A stretch of 63,437 nucleotides of DNA, counting the filler, from Collodictyon triciliatum (lineage: Eukaryota), in NCBI GenBank assembly GCA_043381765.1. It is 11 parts of 11 records of this genome, joined end to end, with 100 filler letters (N's around TTAATTAATTAA, not from the genome) between each part and the next. Parts side by side here need not be neighbours in the genome. Positions count along the whole stretch, not along the records: positions 10,982 to 17,737 come from JBHJMP010004267.1; positions 17,838 to 24,592 come from JBHJMP010004268.1; positions 24,693 to 31,446 come from JBHJMP010004269.1; positions 31,547 to 38,301 come from JBHJMP010004270.1; 7 more parts are not named here. One strand, 5' to 3'. Shown here one piece after another: positions 17,610 to 31,657 of this stretch (position 1 is the first letter of the stretch; every line of letters starts with the position of its first letter). Below the pieces are notes generated by a model that was given only the letters and a program-made list of their open reading frames with translations, was not told the origin of the DNA and made no database searches. The position numbers were made by a program, and so were the translations under genes.

Positions 17610-18141
17610 CTATGCGAATCCATAGCGTGAACAAAACGAAAACAAACAAAAAACAAACAAAAAACAAACAAAAAACAAACAAAAAACAAACAAAAAACAA
17701 ACAAAAAACAAACAAAAAACAAACAAAAAACAAACAANNNNNNNNNNNNNNNNNNNNNNNNNNNNNNNNNNNNNNNNNNNNTTAATTAATTAANNNNNNN
17801 NNNNNNNNNNNNNNNNNNNNNNNNNNNNNNNNNNNNNAGAGAAAAAAAGAGAAAAAAAGAGAAAAAAAGAGAAAAAAAGAGAAAAAAAGAGAAAAAAGAG
17901 AAAAAAAGAGAAAAAAGAGAAAAAAAGAGAAAAAAAGAGAAAAAAGAGAAAAAAGAGAAAAAAAGAGAAAAAAAGAGAAAAAAAGAGAAAAAAAGAGAAA
18001 AAAAGAGAAAAAAAGAAAAAAAAGAGAAAAAGAGAAAAAAAGAGAAAAAAAGAGAAAAAAAAAGAGAAAAAAGAGAAAAAATAGAAAAAAGAAAAAAAGA
18101 AAAAAAGAAAAAAAAGAAAAAAAAGAGAAAAAGAGAAAAAG

Positions 18142-18576
18142 AGTTGGGATGCTGCCGGCTGATCAACTCCCAGCCTCCAGTGCGGTGAATCGTGAACGCT
18201 GTTGAATTTTTCCGTGTTTCCTTTTTCTTTGTCGCTCCTTTTCCTTGATTTTACCGCTGTCACGATTATTAACACAGACGTCGCTTTGGGCTTTATTAAT
18301 CCAGCAAAGTGGCAGTTTGCAGTCGACGCAGGTGTTGGGACGAAAGAGATGGTTCCTCTCTCGCCGATGCATATTTGGGGAGTTCCTTGCTCATTGGGGC
18401 CGATGGTCTTTGGTCACGTATTCCAGAACATCCTGTATGATGTAAGGTTCCTCAGTACAAAAGCAAACTACAAATCACTCACGGAATGCCCCGACAGGCT
18501 GGACGAAAGAGTTGCAGGTTACCTCGAAAGCAGTGTCTATGGGAGGAACTCCGTGAACTTCTACAATGGCGTTTGA
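18142..18576 (+). CDS. Probable 3' end of an unknown gene truncated by the contig start
   Basis: Higher-GC open frame ending ..VAGYLESSVYGRNSVNFYNGV-TGA. A candidate GT..polypyrimidine..AG intron lies upstream. Confidence 0.4.
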
Positions 18577-19357
18577 TTTCGAGTCCATCTGTTGTTTTCA
18601 TGTACATCACATTATGGCCTGAACGGTTCATATAAGATTGCTAAAGTAACCCTTTGATTCATATTCAAATTATTCTTCTTTGTTGTCTTATCTATTTTTT
18701 TATTTTTTTTTTTTTACAAAAGAATGAATATACATATATATCCATGAACTTTCGTAATGCCGGTCAGCAATAGGGCTACCAAAGCAAACACATTAAATAA
18801 CCATACCAGTTCCAAATCAACTTTCTCGTAGATGAAAAACAGAGCTTCGTTAACTTTTGAGCACAGCTTTTCCATGGACAATCTGCGGGCAGGAGAAGCA
18901 CCGACGTAGTTCGGCAGTTTTGAAACAACACCCGAATTGACTGATATATATAAGACTTTTAGCTCGCAGTTGAACAATTATTTATCTTTATCATAAAAAA
19001 ATATCAGAAGTTATCTCAGGGAACCCAGATAAGTTAGACATGACGAAAAAGGATATGTTAAAATGCACAAATCAAACCAGTAATTATCCAAGTTCCAAAA
19101 TATGATTGGAGGCTCTCATAATAATTCGTCAAGATAAAGTCTACAATCTCGCGAATGGGCAAATCATGCTATGAAAACAATTATCAATCATAATCATTTT
19201 TTAACTAGGTGTTTTTAGAAAAAAAAAAGAGAAAAGGAATTATGCACACTTCAATTCACACAACGTTATTCTATCAAACCAAAAAATGACACGAAGATGT
19301 ATCTTCATAATTACGCACATATAAAACATCAATATTCACTGGGGTGTGAATGCTCTC

Positions 19358-22300
19358 CTATTTGGTAAAAATTTGAGGTACAGATAGATGTTGATAGTAT
19401 GCATAAACCTAAAAGAAAAAGAAAAGACGGGAAAAAAATAAAAGAAAGGAAAAGAAGAAAATGTTCGCTTGATTACGGAGATGGAAAGCGAAGCTAACCT
19501 TTAATGTTGATTCTAGAGTGGGCCTATTGGGTTTTGTTTCTCATTATTAGCATCTGACGCTAGAACATTCATTAAGGAAAACAATCAATCATAATAAATA
19601 CATACGCTTTGGATAAGCTGTCTCCTTTTTTGGCAGAGAGCGATGGCATAGACAGCGGTTTGCCTTCTTTCGTCGGCGTTATAGCACCCTTAATCTCCTG
19701 ACATTCAAGGTGAATTTTATCAATTCTAGATTGAAGTAAATCGATTTGTGCAGAAATCAAGCTCTTCAGTAAATCTTTTCTCTTGGCTTCCATTTGCTGC
19801 TTTTCTATATGCTTTTTGTCAAGCTCGTCCTTCAGTCTAGTCAGTTCATCGTCGTTACTGCTCCTATCTTCGTCTAGATCTGAAGCAACAGACTCGTATA
19901 ATTCATTCACAATCTTCTTATCATATGACTTGACGTTTCCATCGAGCAGTCTTTCGGATTCCTTATAGATTCTGGCGATGTCATCTGACATTTTAACACA
20001 TTCTGATTTAGTAGAATCAAGATCTTTTCTCAACTTCTCCTTTTCTTTCTTATTTTGGGAGGGCGGATATGGTCTACGATTGATAATTGGACTCGTGAAC
20101 GAAGGGAAAGACGGGGCAGTAGATGAATAGATATCGCTCCTGACGATGGTTTTGGCAGCTGTTTTTTCCTTTAAGGAAGAGCCAGCTTTCTTTTCACGAT
20201 CGATTTCTCTACAAATATCTGCCCCAAAATTTACGGATTGCGTGAACACTAAATGACAGGCTGATTTGCAATTCCGCACCTTTTCCATATTCATACTATT
20301 TTCTGCGGATATTAGTGCTAGTGAATCAGCAAAGCTTGGGTTTGACGACAATCCTTCATATGCTCCTTGATTGCTTGCACTTAGCGCACGTAGAGCAGAT
20401 ATTTTTATGGAGCCGCTTTCATGTAATTGCCCTTCGTAGATTTGCAGTAGTTTCTCTATTGATTATATATGAATAGATGGTAAGAAACGAAAATATACGA
20501 GTTTTTTTCATCATCGTCATAGTTAGCGCGTAACGCGTTCCTCGATAAGATTTCCCAGGCGGATTCATTTTTTTAAAATTATTTATTCAATTTAACGTAG
20601 CAATTTTAAGAATAAAAACAGAATCATAAGTAAAATGAAAGAAACTAGCCAACATAGTACCTTGTTCCTTGTATAATTTATCAGCTAAAACCGCAATGTT
20701 TTGCATTATTTGAGTATGTAGTGATGTATCAGCATTATGTAGAACAGCCGGAAAGGGCACATCGATTGGCGTCTCATCTTTTTTATGGTTAATGCCTATC
20801 GATATCGCCTTTGGTGGTGAAGTTTGCTTGGAATTATATTCATACGCTTCCATATCATTTCGGCGGTGAACATTATGGTCGGTCTTATTCGTGGTTTCTT
20901 TCATACGATGGTCATTAAGAGGATACATGTTCCTTTGAGGGTTTCCGTCCCTTTCAGGAATATCAGAGTGTTGTCTTGAGTATGGCTTGTTTGAAAAATC
21001 AATGGGGAGTATCTCTGTGGGAGATTTTTCCTAAAGTTCCAGAAAATAACAAAGAAATATTATCATTTTATTTCAACAATTAATAATATTAAGTTAAATA
21101 GCAACCCTTTGATTGGAAATCTCCCCGGTGGAAATTCTCTTATCTAAATATGGTTTGCTTTTGTTTAATGCACGTCTACGTAAAAAAAAAGACAAAAAAT
21201 TGTGTAATTAGAGGATTCAAAAAATAGTATTAACTACATCCCAATTATGACCATAAAATTCATATTCTCACCTACTTCCTGGTCACCAAATTGTTTCGAA
21301 GAGGTTGTGGAAAATGAGGGTTGATGAGAACTACTTTTGCCCTCTGGAGTGGACAGAATGTCAGCTCTAAATTAGACGTTTTTTTAAAAGAATGAAAATA
21401 TTACCGGTTCATAGTATAAATCATTAGGAGCATCAGGAACTGTTTATATATATCTATACATATAGGCGAATATAAAGAAATAAAAAACTTAAAAACCTCT
21501 GAAATAAATCCGGCGACAAATATTGTTGTTTTTTCTTATCTCTGTACATCTCCTGAAGAAGGTGTGTTCTTTCTAGCTGAAAAGAACTTTGAGATGTAAT
21601 ATTTTGAATAGTGCTCTCTGGTAAAGTAGAGCTAGGCCCGATATTAGAGGTCCGGTTTAAAGGAGATGTCGTTTTTGGATTGTGTGACTGTATATCATGA
21701 GCAAATGGAGTTTCTGCGCTCGGATTAAATTCTTTCACGGGAGTCTGCGGTGCAAGCATATGATAAGTTAGTCTAGCAGATATTTATATACTATTATTTT
21801 CTTATGGCTAGTCTTCAATTTATACTCTAGCTGGGCTTTTCTCGTGAGACGGGTTGGATTTCAACTTTTCATTAGCATCTAAAGCGATTATGTTATCATT
21901 ATTCATAATTAAATATTTTTTTTTTAAACAGACATAAAGTGATTGTGGCTAAAATCTGTTCAAAACTTTAAGATAATCAATATTGGTATATTGCGCATAC
22001 TGGTTGGGCTTTTCCTGTCACTATAGTCCTGGGTGTATCATTTTGAAAATATTGAGTTCAAATTATTTGATATGTAATATATATTCTAAAATACCTCATA
22101 TGTTGGACGGAATGAAGAGGGTGTAAATCTCTATGAAAACAATGAAACGTTAACGCATGAATTACAAGTAAACAATTTTCTCTCAATTATATTCAACTTA
22201 TACAAGTAGAATATTCCCAAGCTTTTATAATAATCAAATAAGGTAGCCGGCGAGCCTGAACCTTTTCATCTAAATGATTAGCAACGCCCACATTCGATGC

Positions 22301-24404
22301 CGCGGTATTCTGCCCAAAACTAGAGAGAAAATATTATCAAACATAATGAAGAATATATCACACAAAATGTATTTTTAATCTAAATAAATATTGAGCTGTT
22401 CTAGAGTATTAGCTATAATATCCAGAGATTTCCTTAGTGAGCCAACACTTTGACATACCCATTTCTGTTAGCTGAAATGCCATCAATAAATACAGACTTT
22501 TTATCTTTCTCAAGGACTGGTATTCATATCAAACATAAAGTTGACATTTAATGATTGGGTGTAATCAATTAGAAAAGCGGGGTGGCTTTTCTTTTTTTCG
22601 AATACATGTATGCAATCGTTAAGATATGTATGAAAAAAAAAACTACGATATTGATGTTCTTTTCTTTGGTCAAGCTCTGGTCGATAAGCCGAAGATGACG
22701 AAGAAGGACGCTGAATAAAACATAGACGATGTGAAAAATCACCATGAAGTTCATATGGTTAAGATAACCTAAATTATTACCTTTGTTGGTGTTTCGGAAT
22801 CTGAGTGCATGTGGTAGCCTGTCAAGGTATGTGAGAATTGACAGTGTAAAATAAAATATTCTCGATAATATTATTTTTTTTTTATACTTTTTTTCTCGTC
22901 AATAACATTAGGTGCCGGGGATACAAATCTAAGGTCGGTTCTAGGGTGATTTTGTGGCATGTTTCAAAAATATACTTCTTAGAGTTACGATACAGAAATA
23001 TTCGTTACTATAAATCGTGTGAGAGATAACAATAAAATATTATGTGAAGACATCATTGTGGGGAATTACGTATTTCTTCCCAATATCTGGTCGTACTGTT
23101 GAGTTTGCCTAAGACTGGTTCTAGAGATTTATTAGTATAGTAAAGAGAAATAAACAACTATATGATAATTCCTTGCTTTGTGTTGGAAAATCATAAAATG
23201 AGAAGGATATATTTACGTGGATCTTGCTATGAAATCCTGATGCATGGAAAGGAAAAAAATGCAAATATTAGGAAATAAGCAACCGTATCATTCATTTAGG
23301 AAAATAATAAGAATTAGAATCAGAATAATAGAAAATAATGACGAATCAACATAGTGGATACATAAAAAATAAGGTCTATGAGAATTATGCGAGGCAAACA
23401 TTTTCTGAGGCGGGGTTGGTATGATTTCTAGAGGGTGCGGTGCTTTGCTGAAATTTTGAATATTCTGGTAGTTGATTTCTAGAGGGCCTATTGTTTAAGC
23501 GTCTATATTAATAATAAAGATATAAGCACATAATCCTTTGGATAAATGCCACAAGAAATAAAATTCACCTTGGCAATACATTTGGCGAAGCGTATCTACT
23601 TGTAATATGCGCCTATGCAAATTGAATAAAAATCATCTATATGTAACTAATTAACTTTTCTTTTTTAAAAGACTTCTAAAAATTGTCAGAAATAATAATC
23701 GACAAACTTCTGAAAGCTTCGAAGCGAATGCTGGTTGATGAGTTGGTATGAACGGCTGCCGAGAAGGAAGAGCGTAGTTGCTTACATTCGAATGATATGT
23801 AGTCTAATTAATTAAGTATTAGATATTTTTAAAATTTCGTCGAAAGTAGATTAATTATATCCTTACTCTAGTTGGTGCTGGCTCGGCTTTCCGTCGATTC
23901 ATAGGCGAAGAAATATGACAATTAATAGATATTTTTTTTAAAAAAAATATGACGGGGTTAAATACAAAAAAAATATTATATACTAGTGTATTATGAATGC
24001 CAGCAGTATTTTTTTTTATCTTTACCGACTCTGAAGGCTTCGCTCAGATAATTTAATCCTAAAGTTACAGAAAGAATGCCACAAACACATAAAATAATTA
24101 TGATTCCACATGAACATATTGATGCAGAGGAGATACAAACAACAAATAATAGGGGCATATTGCAAATAAAAAAGCAAAGTAACTTATGAACGTTAAGTCT
24201 AGCCTGTTCAATTAAATTAAAAGCAATATATATATAACTCTTGTAAATATAAAAAAAACCGAGCCAAAATCATGCACACTCACGCGAATCACCAACCCGA
24301 TTAGTTGGCTGAAACCCAGTTTGCTGGCGGGGGACATCGTATTGAGTACGAGACATACGGGTATGGGCCGCAGGTGCAGTAACCGGTCGCTGAAGGTGCT
24401 CCAT
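19358..24404 (-). CDS. Multi-exon hypothetical protein, Ser/Pro-rich with a C-terminal coiled coil
   Basis: ATG at 24404 (MEHLQRPVTAPAAHT|GTATGT), many short GT-AG exons, and ORF pieces 21454-21759, 20587-20928 and 19572-20351 (ELTRLKDELDKKHIEKQQMEAKRKDLL). Candidate last exon is VYAYYQHLSVPQIFTK-TAG. Confidence 0.6.
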
Positions 24405-24454
24405 CTTAATAGTGCATTTGTTTCCCGTTTTCAGTAGCAACACAAAATGAAAAA

Positions 24455-24592
24455 AAAAGTAAAGAAAGTAAAGAAAGTGAATAAAGTGAATAAAGTGAAT
24501 AAAGTGAATAAAGTGAATAAAGTGAATAAAGTGAATAAAGTGAATAAAGTGAATAAAGTGAATAAAGTGAATAAAGTGAATAAAGTGAATAA
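24455..24592. repeat. (AAAGTGAAT)n 9-mer tandem repeat at contig end
   Basis: Read directly. Confidence 0.95.
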
Positions 24593-25220
24593 NNNNNNNN
24601 NNNNNNNNNNNNNNNNNNNNNNNNNNNNNNNNNNNNTTAATTAATTAANNNNNNNNNNNNNNNNNNNNNNNNNNNNNNNNNNNNNNNNNNNNTCCTTTTT
24701 CTTTTCCTTTTTCTTTTCCTTTTTCTTTTCCTTTTTCTTTTCCTTTTTCTTTTCCTTTTTCTTTTCCTTTTTCTTTTCCTTTTTCTTTTCCTGTTTTGAT
24801 ATAACACCTGCAAAGGTGGGAGTTTTGGAGGGCGGAAACTTGAATCCTCTCGCAGAACGGCCACAGATCAAAGCAACACACCCGTTATGTCACTGCTGCA
24901 CAGATACGAGTCGAAGGATAGAGACTAATTATTGAGTATCAGGCACATCAAGGAACTTCATCTTGTCAAAATACCAGCGTTGGTTTCCTCATTCAAGTTT
25001 CGGGCGTTGATAGAGGACATGAAGCCCGTCTGTCTCTTTTTACTAGAGTCTTTCTATCAGAGCCAAAGCTCCGCGCTGCAAGTTAATTGTTCTTCTTCAA
25101 AGAGTGTTTTGTCGCTGGCCCAACTCCAAGCTCGAGAGATACCTTGCATTTCCACACACACAAATAAATAAATAATAAATAAATAAATCGAAACAAAGGA
25201 TAAATATCGCAGAGCCCTGG

Positions 25221-26660
25221 ATGGCAGACGCAGTGGAAGGAGAAGCAGCTCCACCAGAGGCATCCACAAAAGAGTACAGGAGCATTAACGAGCAAGACGC
25301 ACAGGATCAACAAAACCGCAGCGAACTTGCAACCGAGGGCGATGCTGCGGAGTGCAATGACTTTGTGCTTGTGCAAAAGAGCGACCTTCTACTCGAGAGC
25401 GCCGAACCCCCACCAGTGTCAAAATACCGAACCACGCTTCTTGGGCTTACCTTCGAACAGCTCGACTTTGCAGACCTTGTGTCACTAGAATCTCGTTACC
25501 TGCAAAGTCCAGAAAACGATCGAAGAGATCAAGCAGACCTGTCCCACTTCGATGTGGGTTTTAGAAGCAAGAGCCAGGTGAGTACGAGTCGCTTCGGCTC
25601 AGATATCAATCATTTGTTCTCGCGGATGAACAGGCAACCTGGTGTGGCTAGAGAAGGTAAATACTCAAGAGAGCTTCACACCCGAGTCCAAAACGAAAGC
25701 GCGGCTCTGTGGGATGCGATGCAGCTGCCCGATACATACACATCACCGGAAGGACACGACACTCTGGTTCGGTATGTCATTCGCCAATACCATGGAATCG
25801 GCTTTGAGCGCGAATCTCGTGTGAGGATGACTGACACGTTCGAGCGCATCGCGAAGCATCCTCACGCAGATCTGATTAAGCCTGCAGATATCGCAGGCGG
25901 TCCCGCATATGCATTGCAGCAGGCCATCATCGAGCACAACCAGGGCAACTTGCGCAAGGCTCAACTCCTTTACATCTATGCATCGCTTCTACGCTCACGT
26001 TGGACATCGCCGCTGATTGGACTCCGTATGATATACCAGCAAGACTCGCGTTTCATCACCAAGCCTAGGGCGCACAGCGTGACCGAGCAGTTGCTCTCTC
26101 GCCTGCAGGATATCAGTCACGAATCCAAATCAGAATCATACAATAACATATTGGTGGTGGCGCGTGGTGATGCTGTTGCTCAGTGCATGTTAGGCGTGAT
26201 GTGTTTCTACGGCTGGGGTGCGCAAAAGTCCGAAGTAGACGCAGCAATATATTTTCAAAGGTCGGCCGAACTAGGTTGCATAGTATCTCAGGCTTACTTT
26301 GGGAGTCTACTTGTGGCCCATTCTATCGGGCATTCCCCAGGAAGCGGATTTCACTGGCTGACGCTGGCTGCAAAGGCCGATTGCGTCATGGCGCTAGTCA
26401 ATCTAGGCGTGTCTTACTTTCTGTCCCCGCTCTCTACACCTGTGCAGCAAAACGAGGCCATTCAGTATCTGCGCCGGGCTGCAGACTTGGACCACGAACG
26501 CGCTTGGGAGTATCTGGCCTACTGTAGCGAGCGAGAGCTTCTGGGAGATATGGCGATTGGCCAGAGCGAGTGCATGAAGACAGCGATGTTTCTTGGAAAT
26601 CCCTCTGCGCTGCACTGGCTAGATGATGACGGTACTGACTCATCCTGTTCTATCCAATAA
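25221..26660 (+). CDS. Sel1-like repeat protein with C-terminal CaaX box
   Basis: Intronless 479-aa ORF. SLR motifs GDAVAQCMLGVMCFYGWG..AAIYFQRSAELG, HWLTLAAKAD..ALVNLG and EAIQYLRRAADLD. Ends CSIQ-stop. Confidence 0.85.
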   Translation: MADAVEGEAAPPEASTKEYRSINEQDAQDQQNRSELATEGDAAECNDFVLVQKSDLLLESAEPPPVSKYRTTLLGLTFEQLDFADLVSLESRYLQSPENDRRDQADLSHFDVGFRSKSQVSTSRFGSDINHLFSRMNRQPGVAREGKYSRELHTRVQNESAALWDAMQLPDTYTSPEGHDTLVRYVIRQYHGIGFERESRVRMTDTFERIAKHPHADLIKPADIAGGPAYALQQAIIEHNQGNLRKAQLLYIYASLLRSRWTSPLIGLRMIYQQDSRFITKPRAHSVTEQLLSRLQDISHESKSESYNNILVVARGDAVAQCMLGVMCFYGWGAQKSEVDAAIYFQRSAELGCIVSQAYFGSLLVAHSIGHSPGSGFHWLTLAAKADCVMALVNLGVSYFLSPLSTPVQQNEAIQYLRRAADLDHERAWEYLAYCSERELLGDMAIGQSECMKTAMFLGNPSALHWLDDDGTDSSCSIQ

Positions 26661-26972
26661 GGGCGCCTCATCTACCGCAGGACAAGATGAATAACCCAAA
26701 AGAATTACAAAAATAAACAACAAAATTGACCTCGTCGTAGCATGGAATATTGATAACTTTAACCTCATAGGCAAAGTAAATCAAACAAATCTTGAAATAA
26801 AACTGTACTCAATTGTCTGTTTTCATTAAATTTCAAAAAAATAAAGAAAATTGGGCTTTATTTTCACTGAGTCGGGGAATTTTTTTTATATGTCTCTCTT
26901 AAGTACAAAAAAAAAAAAATTGTGTTCATGGTCGGGTCTATGCCCACCAGAATTCATGATGATGATTTCCCT

Positions 26973-29900
26973 TTACTCGTGAGGGTTTTCCTCCAGAAAG
27001 CAAGGCCAACACATTCTGCTGTCCCAAAATAACTGCATTGTTTGCAAGTGGTCGCCAGTGAGAGCCTGTTTAATTAAAAAAAAAAATACACATGAAAATG
27101 ACACCTAATTACATGGTTGTCTTAAATAACAGCCACTATATTTCTTGCGTAGACAAATTCAATATACATATGATGATTTTAAAGAAGAGAAAAACCTTTT
27201 CATAAGGTGACAAATGAATGTGCACGCCTTGATTGTTGTTAATTACTATAGATTTAATGCCACTAGAAGAATGGGCATACTCTATTTTTGTCCCGGATGA
27301 AATGTCGAATGCGCTGTTGTAAAAAGATTCATAGTAAATGTACAAAACATCATTTAATTTGAAAAAATGACTCTTTCTTTTTCAATCGTACCATAGCATC
27401 TTTTCTTTTCGCATATTGACGAACTCGATTTTTGATATTGATGACGGTTCAACAGAGCCTTGTAAGAAATATTAAAATATTCGACGAATCAGCTTCTTTG
27501 TATTTTGGAGTTTGCATTTTAAAGAAGTAGGCAGAAAAATTGAGGAAAAATGAAGGATATAATTATGCATCGCACCTAAATGGTTCACCGGTTCTTTTTC
27601 TTTCATTCGATAGTAATAACATGGAGCTATCTTGAATTCATAAAACAGAGAATGCACGAACATAATGGGGAAGAGAATATTAGTTCATCACAAGGTCGCA
27701 ATCACAAATCAAACAACATCCATGAAAAGAGTATTTAATATAAAAGAGAATACCTTTGAATCAGGTGAAAGCTGAGACCAACGAATTCTCTCCCATTCAA
27801 TTTCCACTACGTCGGCTGTCTGCATGGTTGTTTGTAAAAACAATTCATTCAAGTATTACGCACTGCTATTACTTTGTGCTATTCACGCAAATATATCTAT
27901 AAATAATGCTTCATTCGAACTAAATGGTCGCTACTAGTCATACTTTTCATATTCAACTTGGCATTGTATACCTTGAATAATATCCGCATCTTTATGTAAG
28001 GGGGCATCTTTGGACAACTAACTGATGAATCTCGAGTCATCAATAACCTTTCCAGGAAGATAACGCCCTCTTCAGATATGTCGTTTTCAGAAAAGTCAGA
28101 GCTACATATCTGATTTTCTTGGCATCGGTTTTCCTTTGCGTCCTCTATTTCTATTTCAGCTGTTCGGACCGGCATATGCTCTGCAAGTTGTCCTTTCTCT
28201 ATGTTTTCATCTGTGCCGCACTTTTCTTCCAAACTTATAATTGATTCATCCACAACAGGTGTCTCGGCATATATGGCTAATACGATAATGAATATTCAGC
28301 GTGATTTTTGCCGTAAAAGAGGTGCTATTAATTTTTTAAGGAATGAATATTTTTGCAGTGATGATTAGATCTGGTAAATCTTTACTGTTCTGTGCATGTC
28401 TCTCAGCTTCAAATCCACCCATCCCTTCTGATTTTCGTTTTCTTCCACGGTTTGACTTGGTGACTTCAAGAGATTGTAAGCTTTCTTTTTCCCTGATAAA
28501 AGCATGAGGTTTTTTTTTCCTTTCTTCAGACTATGTATCATCTTTATGTAAACGAGCTTTCACAGATATACACCACTAGACCTCATTTCCATATTTTCAA
28601 GTTTTTTGTGATGATAATTTTACTGGAAATTAGACGCGGTATTCACGGATGAAATGCTCTGCTTGCACAAGGGTTCAGCAGCCTATATAGAAAATTGTAT
28701 TCAGGGAGCTAGTGTAATGATGATGAATGATATAATATAGAATAACGCATCGATGAGGCTATATCATCTGTCAACCACACTCACGATTATTTTACGAATA
28801 CGGCTTCCTTTGGCCAGATCGATGGGAGTCTTTTTGGATGAATTAACCATTGACGTATCAGCCCCATATGAGAGAAGAGTTGAAATAACCTTTCGTTTTA
28901 AATCAGTCTTAGTTTCGTTTGGGCAAGAGTATGGGGAATGTTTTTTTTCTTTATTCGATTCAAGGGATATGGGGAAGGGTTAAATTTTAAGGAAAAGATT
29001 ATTAATATAACGACGTTTATATGAACTCACTCCGATACTAGCAGACACGATTGAGGAATCGAGCTGCGCCGCTAGATGAAGGGGTGTGTTTCCGTGTTGG
29101 TCCTGTGTTGGCAGAGAGGTTGATTGACAATGGTAATATGCCGAGACATCAACATTTCTTTGAATTAAAACATTTTAGCTCTGAATACTGATATATTTCA
29201 TGAATACCTGAATATTTGGATTTGCGCCACCTTTTAGCAAAGTTCTCATCATCGGATAGTTTTTTATGGATACGTGCAGACACCCAACCCCGGCTAGAAT
29301 GAGGAATATATTAAAAATGGATTCAAATGAATGTCCCTTAAGCACGACTATACCTCTGTTTTGTGAGTCTGGATTGGCTCCATTATCCATGAGGAGTGAC
29401 ACCATCTCGATGCTATCTTGAGAGTCTCCCTTCCTGAAGCAATTGATGTGCAGCGCTGTTTCTCCATCCTAGATTTAGGAGGTTAATGAAAATAGCGTGA
29501 GATATTACACTGATTAAACTTTGGTTCAGCTCTACTAGCTTTACTAAACTTCTATATTGCATTTATACTAATAACAAATTATTGATTTTAATGTGTGTAT
29601 GCGAAATTCATGAATGACTACTCTATCCTGGGCATTCAAAAGCTTTGGTAGCTTTGGAGGCGATTGCGAGTTCTGTCGGGATATATTCAATCTTATGAAC
29701 TGCTAAACAACACTACATAGAATAAGAATGTTATTGGTTTTGAAAATGGTAAATTACCTCTGAGTCTCTCAGTTTGGCTTGGTTCAAGAGAATTCGTAAT
29801 GCATCGAGCGTATTTGCCACATGCAAAGGAGAACTTCCCTGTTTTTTTTCTTTTTGTTAATTTGTTTGGTTTTTTTTGAGTTTCTTTTGTTTTCTTTTGT

Positions 29901-31283
29901 TTTCTTTTGTTTTCTTTTGTTTTCTTTTGTTTTCTTTTGTTTTCTTTTGTTTTCTTTTGTTTTCTTTTGTTTTCTTTTGTTTTCTTTTGTTTTCTTTTGT
30001 TCATTTGTCGATGGCATCCAGCGAGAACAAAAATATTTGACTAAGGTCGGCAAATACTCTACGAACAGATAAATGAAATATACATACCTGGTCGTCAAAA
30101 ACAAGCATGTTCGCACTCTTGTTTAGAAGCAACCCCATCACGCGATAATTGTTGCGGAATGTTGCGATATGGAGAGGTGTCTGGCATATCCCAGATCTGA
30201 ATGACGGCTAGTAATTAGCGCTTTATCTGTGATATATGTCGTAATATAAAAAAGGGGATAATCATGAAATATCATATGCGAGCACTTCTATTCATCGTGT
30301 GCACCTGATATTTATATCAACGCCCTTTTCCAACAGATATTGAACAACTTCGACATTATCAAATCCACAAGCTACGTGCAGTGGAGCTTCATTCTTCTCA
30401 TTGAAAGCTGATAATGATTTCTGACGCGAAAAATGAAAAGCAAGTCAAGAGTATAAAAATAAAACATTTCAAATAAGAAAAGTAAAGGTTTTTTCTTTTC
30501 GTATAAAATATTTCGAAAGGGGGATGTTGGAAAACTTATAAAGGTCTCATACTGCGTAATATCGACACTCATCCAGCATATCCTTCAGTAATCCTGCTCC
30601 TTCGTGAAAAATCGCTGCCGATAGATGACATGAAAGCATCCTTCCCACACTGGCATCTTCTGCAGTGGATAATATAAATATGAAATATCGCAAAAACCTC
30701 TCTGGCTAGAAAAACATTTCAATCAAGTTATATAAACCAACTAAATAGAGGAAGCCCAGACAATATAGAACAACAAAAGTGGTTTATTAGATCATTTTCA
30801 TAAGAATAACAAAGAAAAAAGTTTGTCAACATACCGGAGTGTAACTTCAACATTTCCAGATAGTTCTCTCCTTTTATTTCTAGCAATACCTTTTTGGATG
30901 ATTATGTAAAAAAAATTAGAGGAATTATATAGAAAGCGGAAAGAGTTCGTTTTCCAACAACATTTTTACTTAGCTAACAGAGAAGGTTAACCAGTTAAAA
31001 AAAAAACCTTGTCGCATTTGCGTTGTTCAATGAGCGCGAGGATTCGAAACAGATGGAGTCCCAATGCACTCACTTCTCGCACAGAGACCCACCGTTTTGA
31101 GCCGCTCGTATTACACAGAACAAGACATTCCCCTCCCCCGTTGCGTTGCTTGACCACGAAATGGTGAGACATCCAAACCGCAGCTTCTTCCCTGGTGCTG
31201 TTGTTTCTCTGAATAAACTTTCCTCGGGATAATCCTGGCACATGAAAGAGCTTTGGGAGAAACAAGAGGAGAGACCCCCGCAT
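26973..31283 (-). CDS. Ankyrin-repeat protein (multi-exon)
   Basis: Spliced exons encode APLHVACGFDNVEVVQYLLEKGVDIN, QTPLHIATFRNN, GSSPLHVA, DGETALHI..LLMDNGANPD, LLKGGANPNIQDQHGNTPLHLAA and LLSYGAD..KTPIDLA. Start and end are approximate. Confidence 0.82.
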
Positions 31284-31657
31284 ACTTTGGCCCGATGGGC
31301 ATGATAGTTGCTGGTTGTTTGTCTTTATTTTTGCCTCTGTTCTTGTCATTGTTTTTTGTTTTTTGTTTTTTGTTTTTTGTTTTTTGTTTTTTGTTTTTTG
31401 TTTTTTGTTTTTTGTTTTTTGTTTTTTGTTTTTTGTTTTTTGTTTTNNNNNNNNNNNNNNNNNNNNNNNNNNNNNNNNNNNNNNNNNNNNTTAATTAATT
31501 AANNNNNNNNNNNNNNNNNNNNNNNNNNNNNNNNNNNNNNNNNNNNAGAAAAAAAGAAGAAAAAAAGAAGAAAAAAAGAAGAAAAAAAGAAGAAAAAAAG
31601 AAGAAAAAAAGAAGAAAAAAAGAAGAAAAAAAGAAGAAAAAAGAAAAGAAGGCATAC

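Noticed and set aside
24260-24420. GC-rich island suspected to be a structured ncRNA
   Set aside because: Better explained as the first two exons of the minus-strand gene (ATG 24404, GTATGT and GTGAGT donors).
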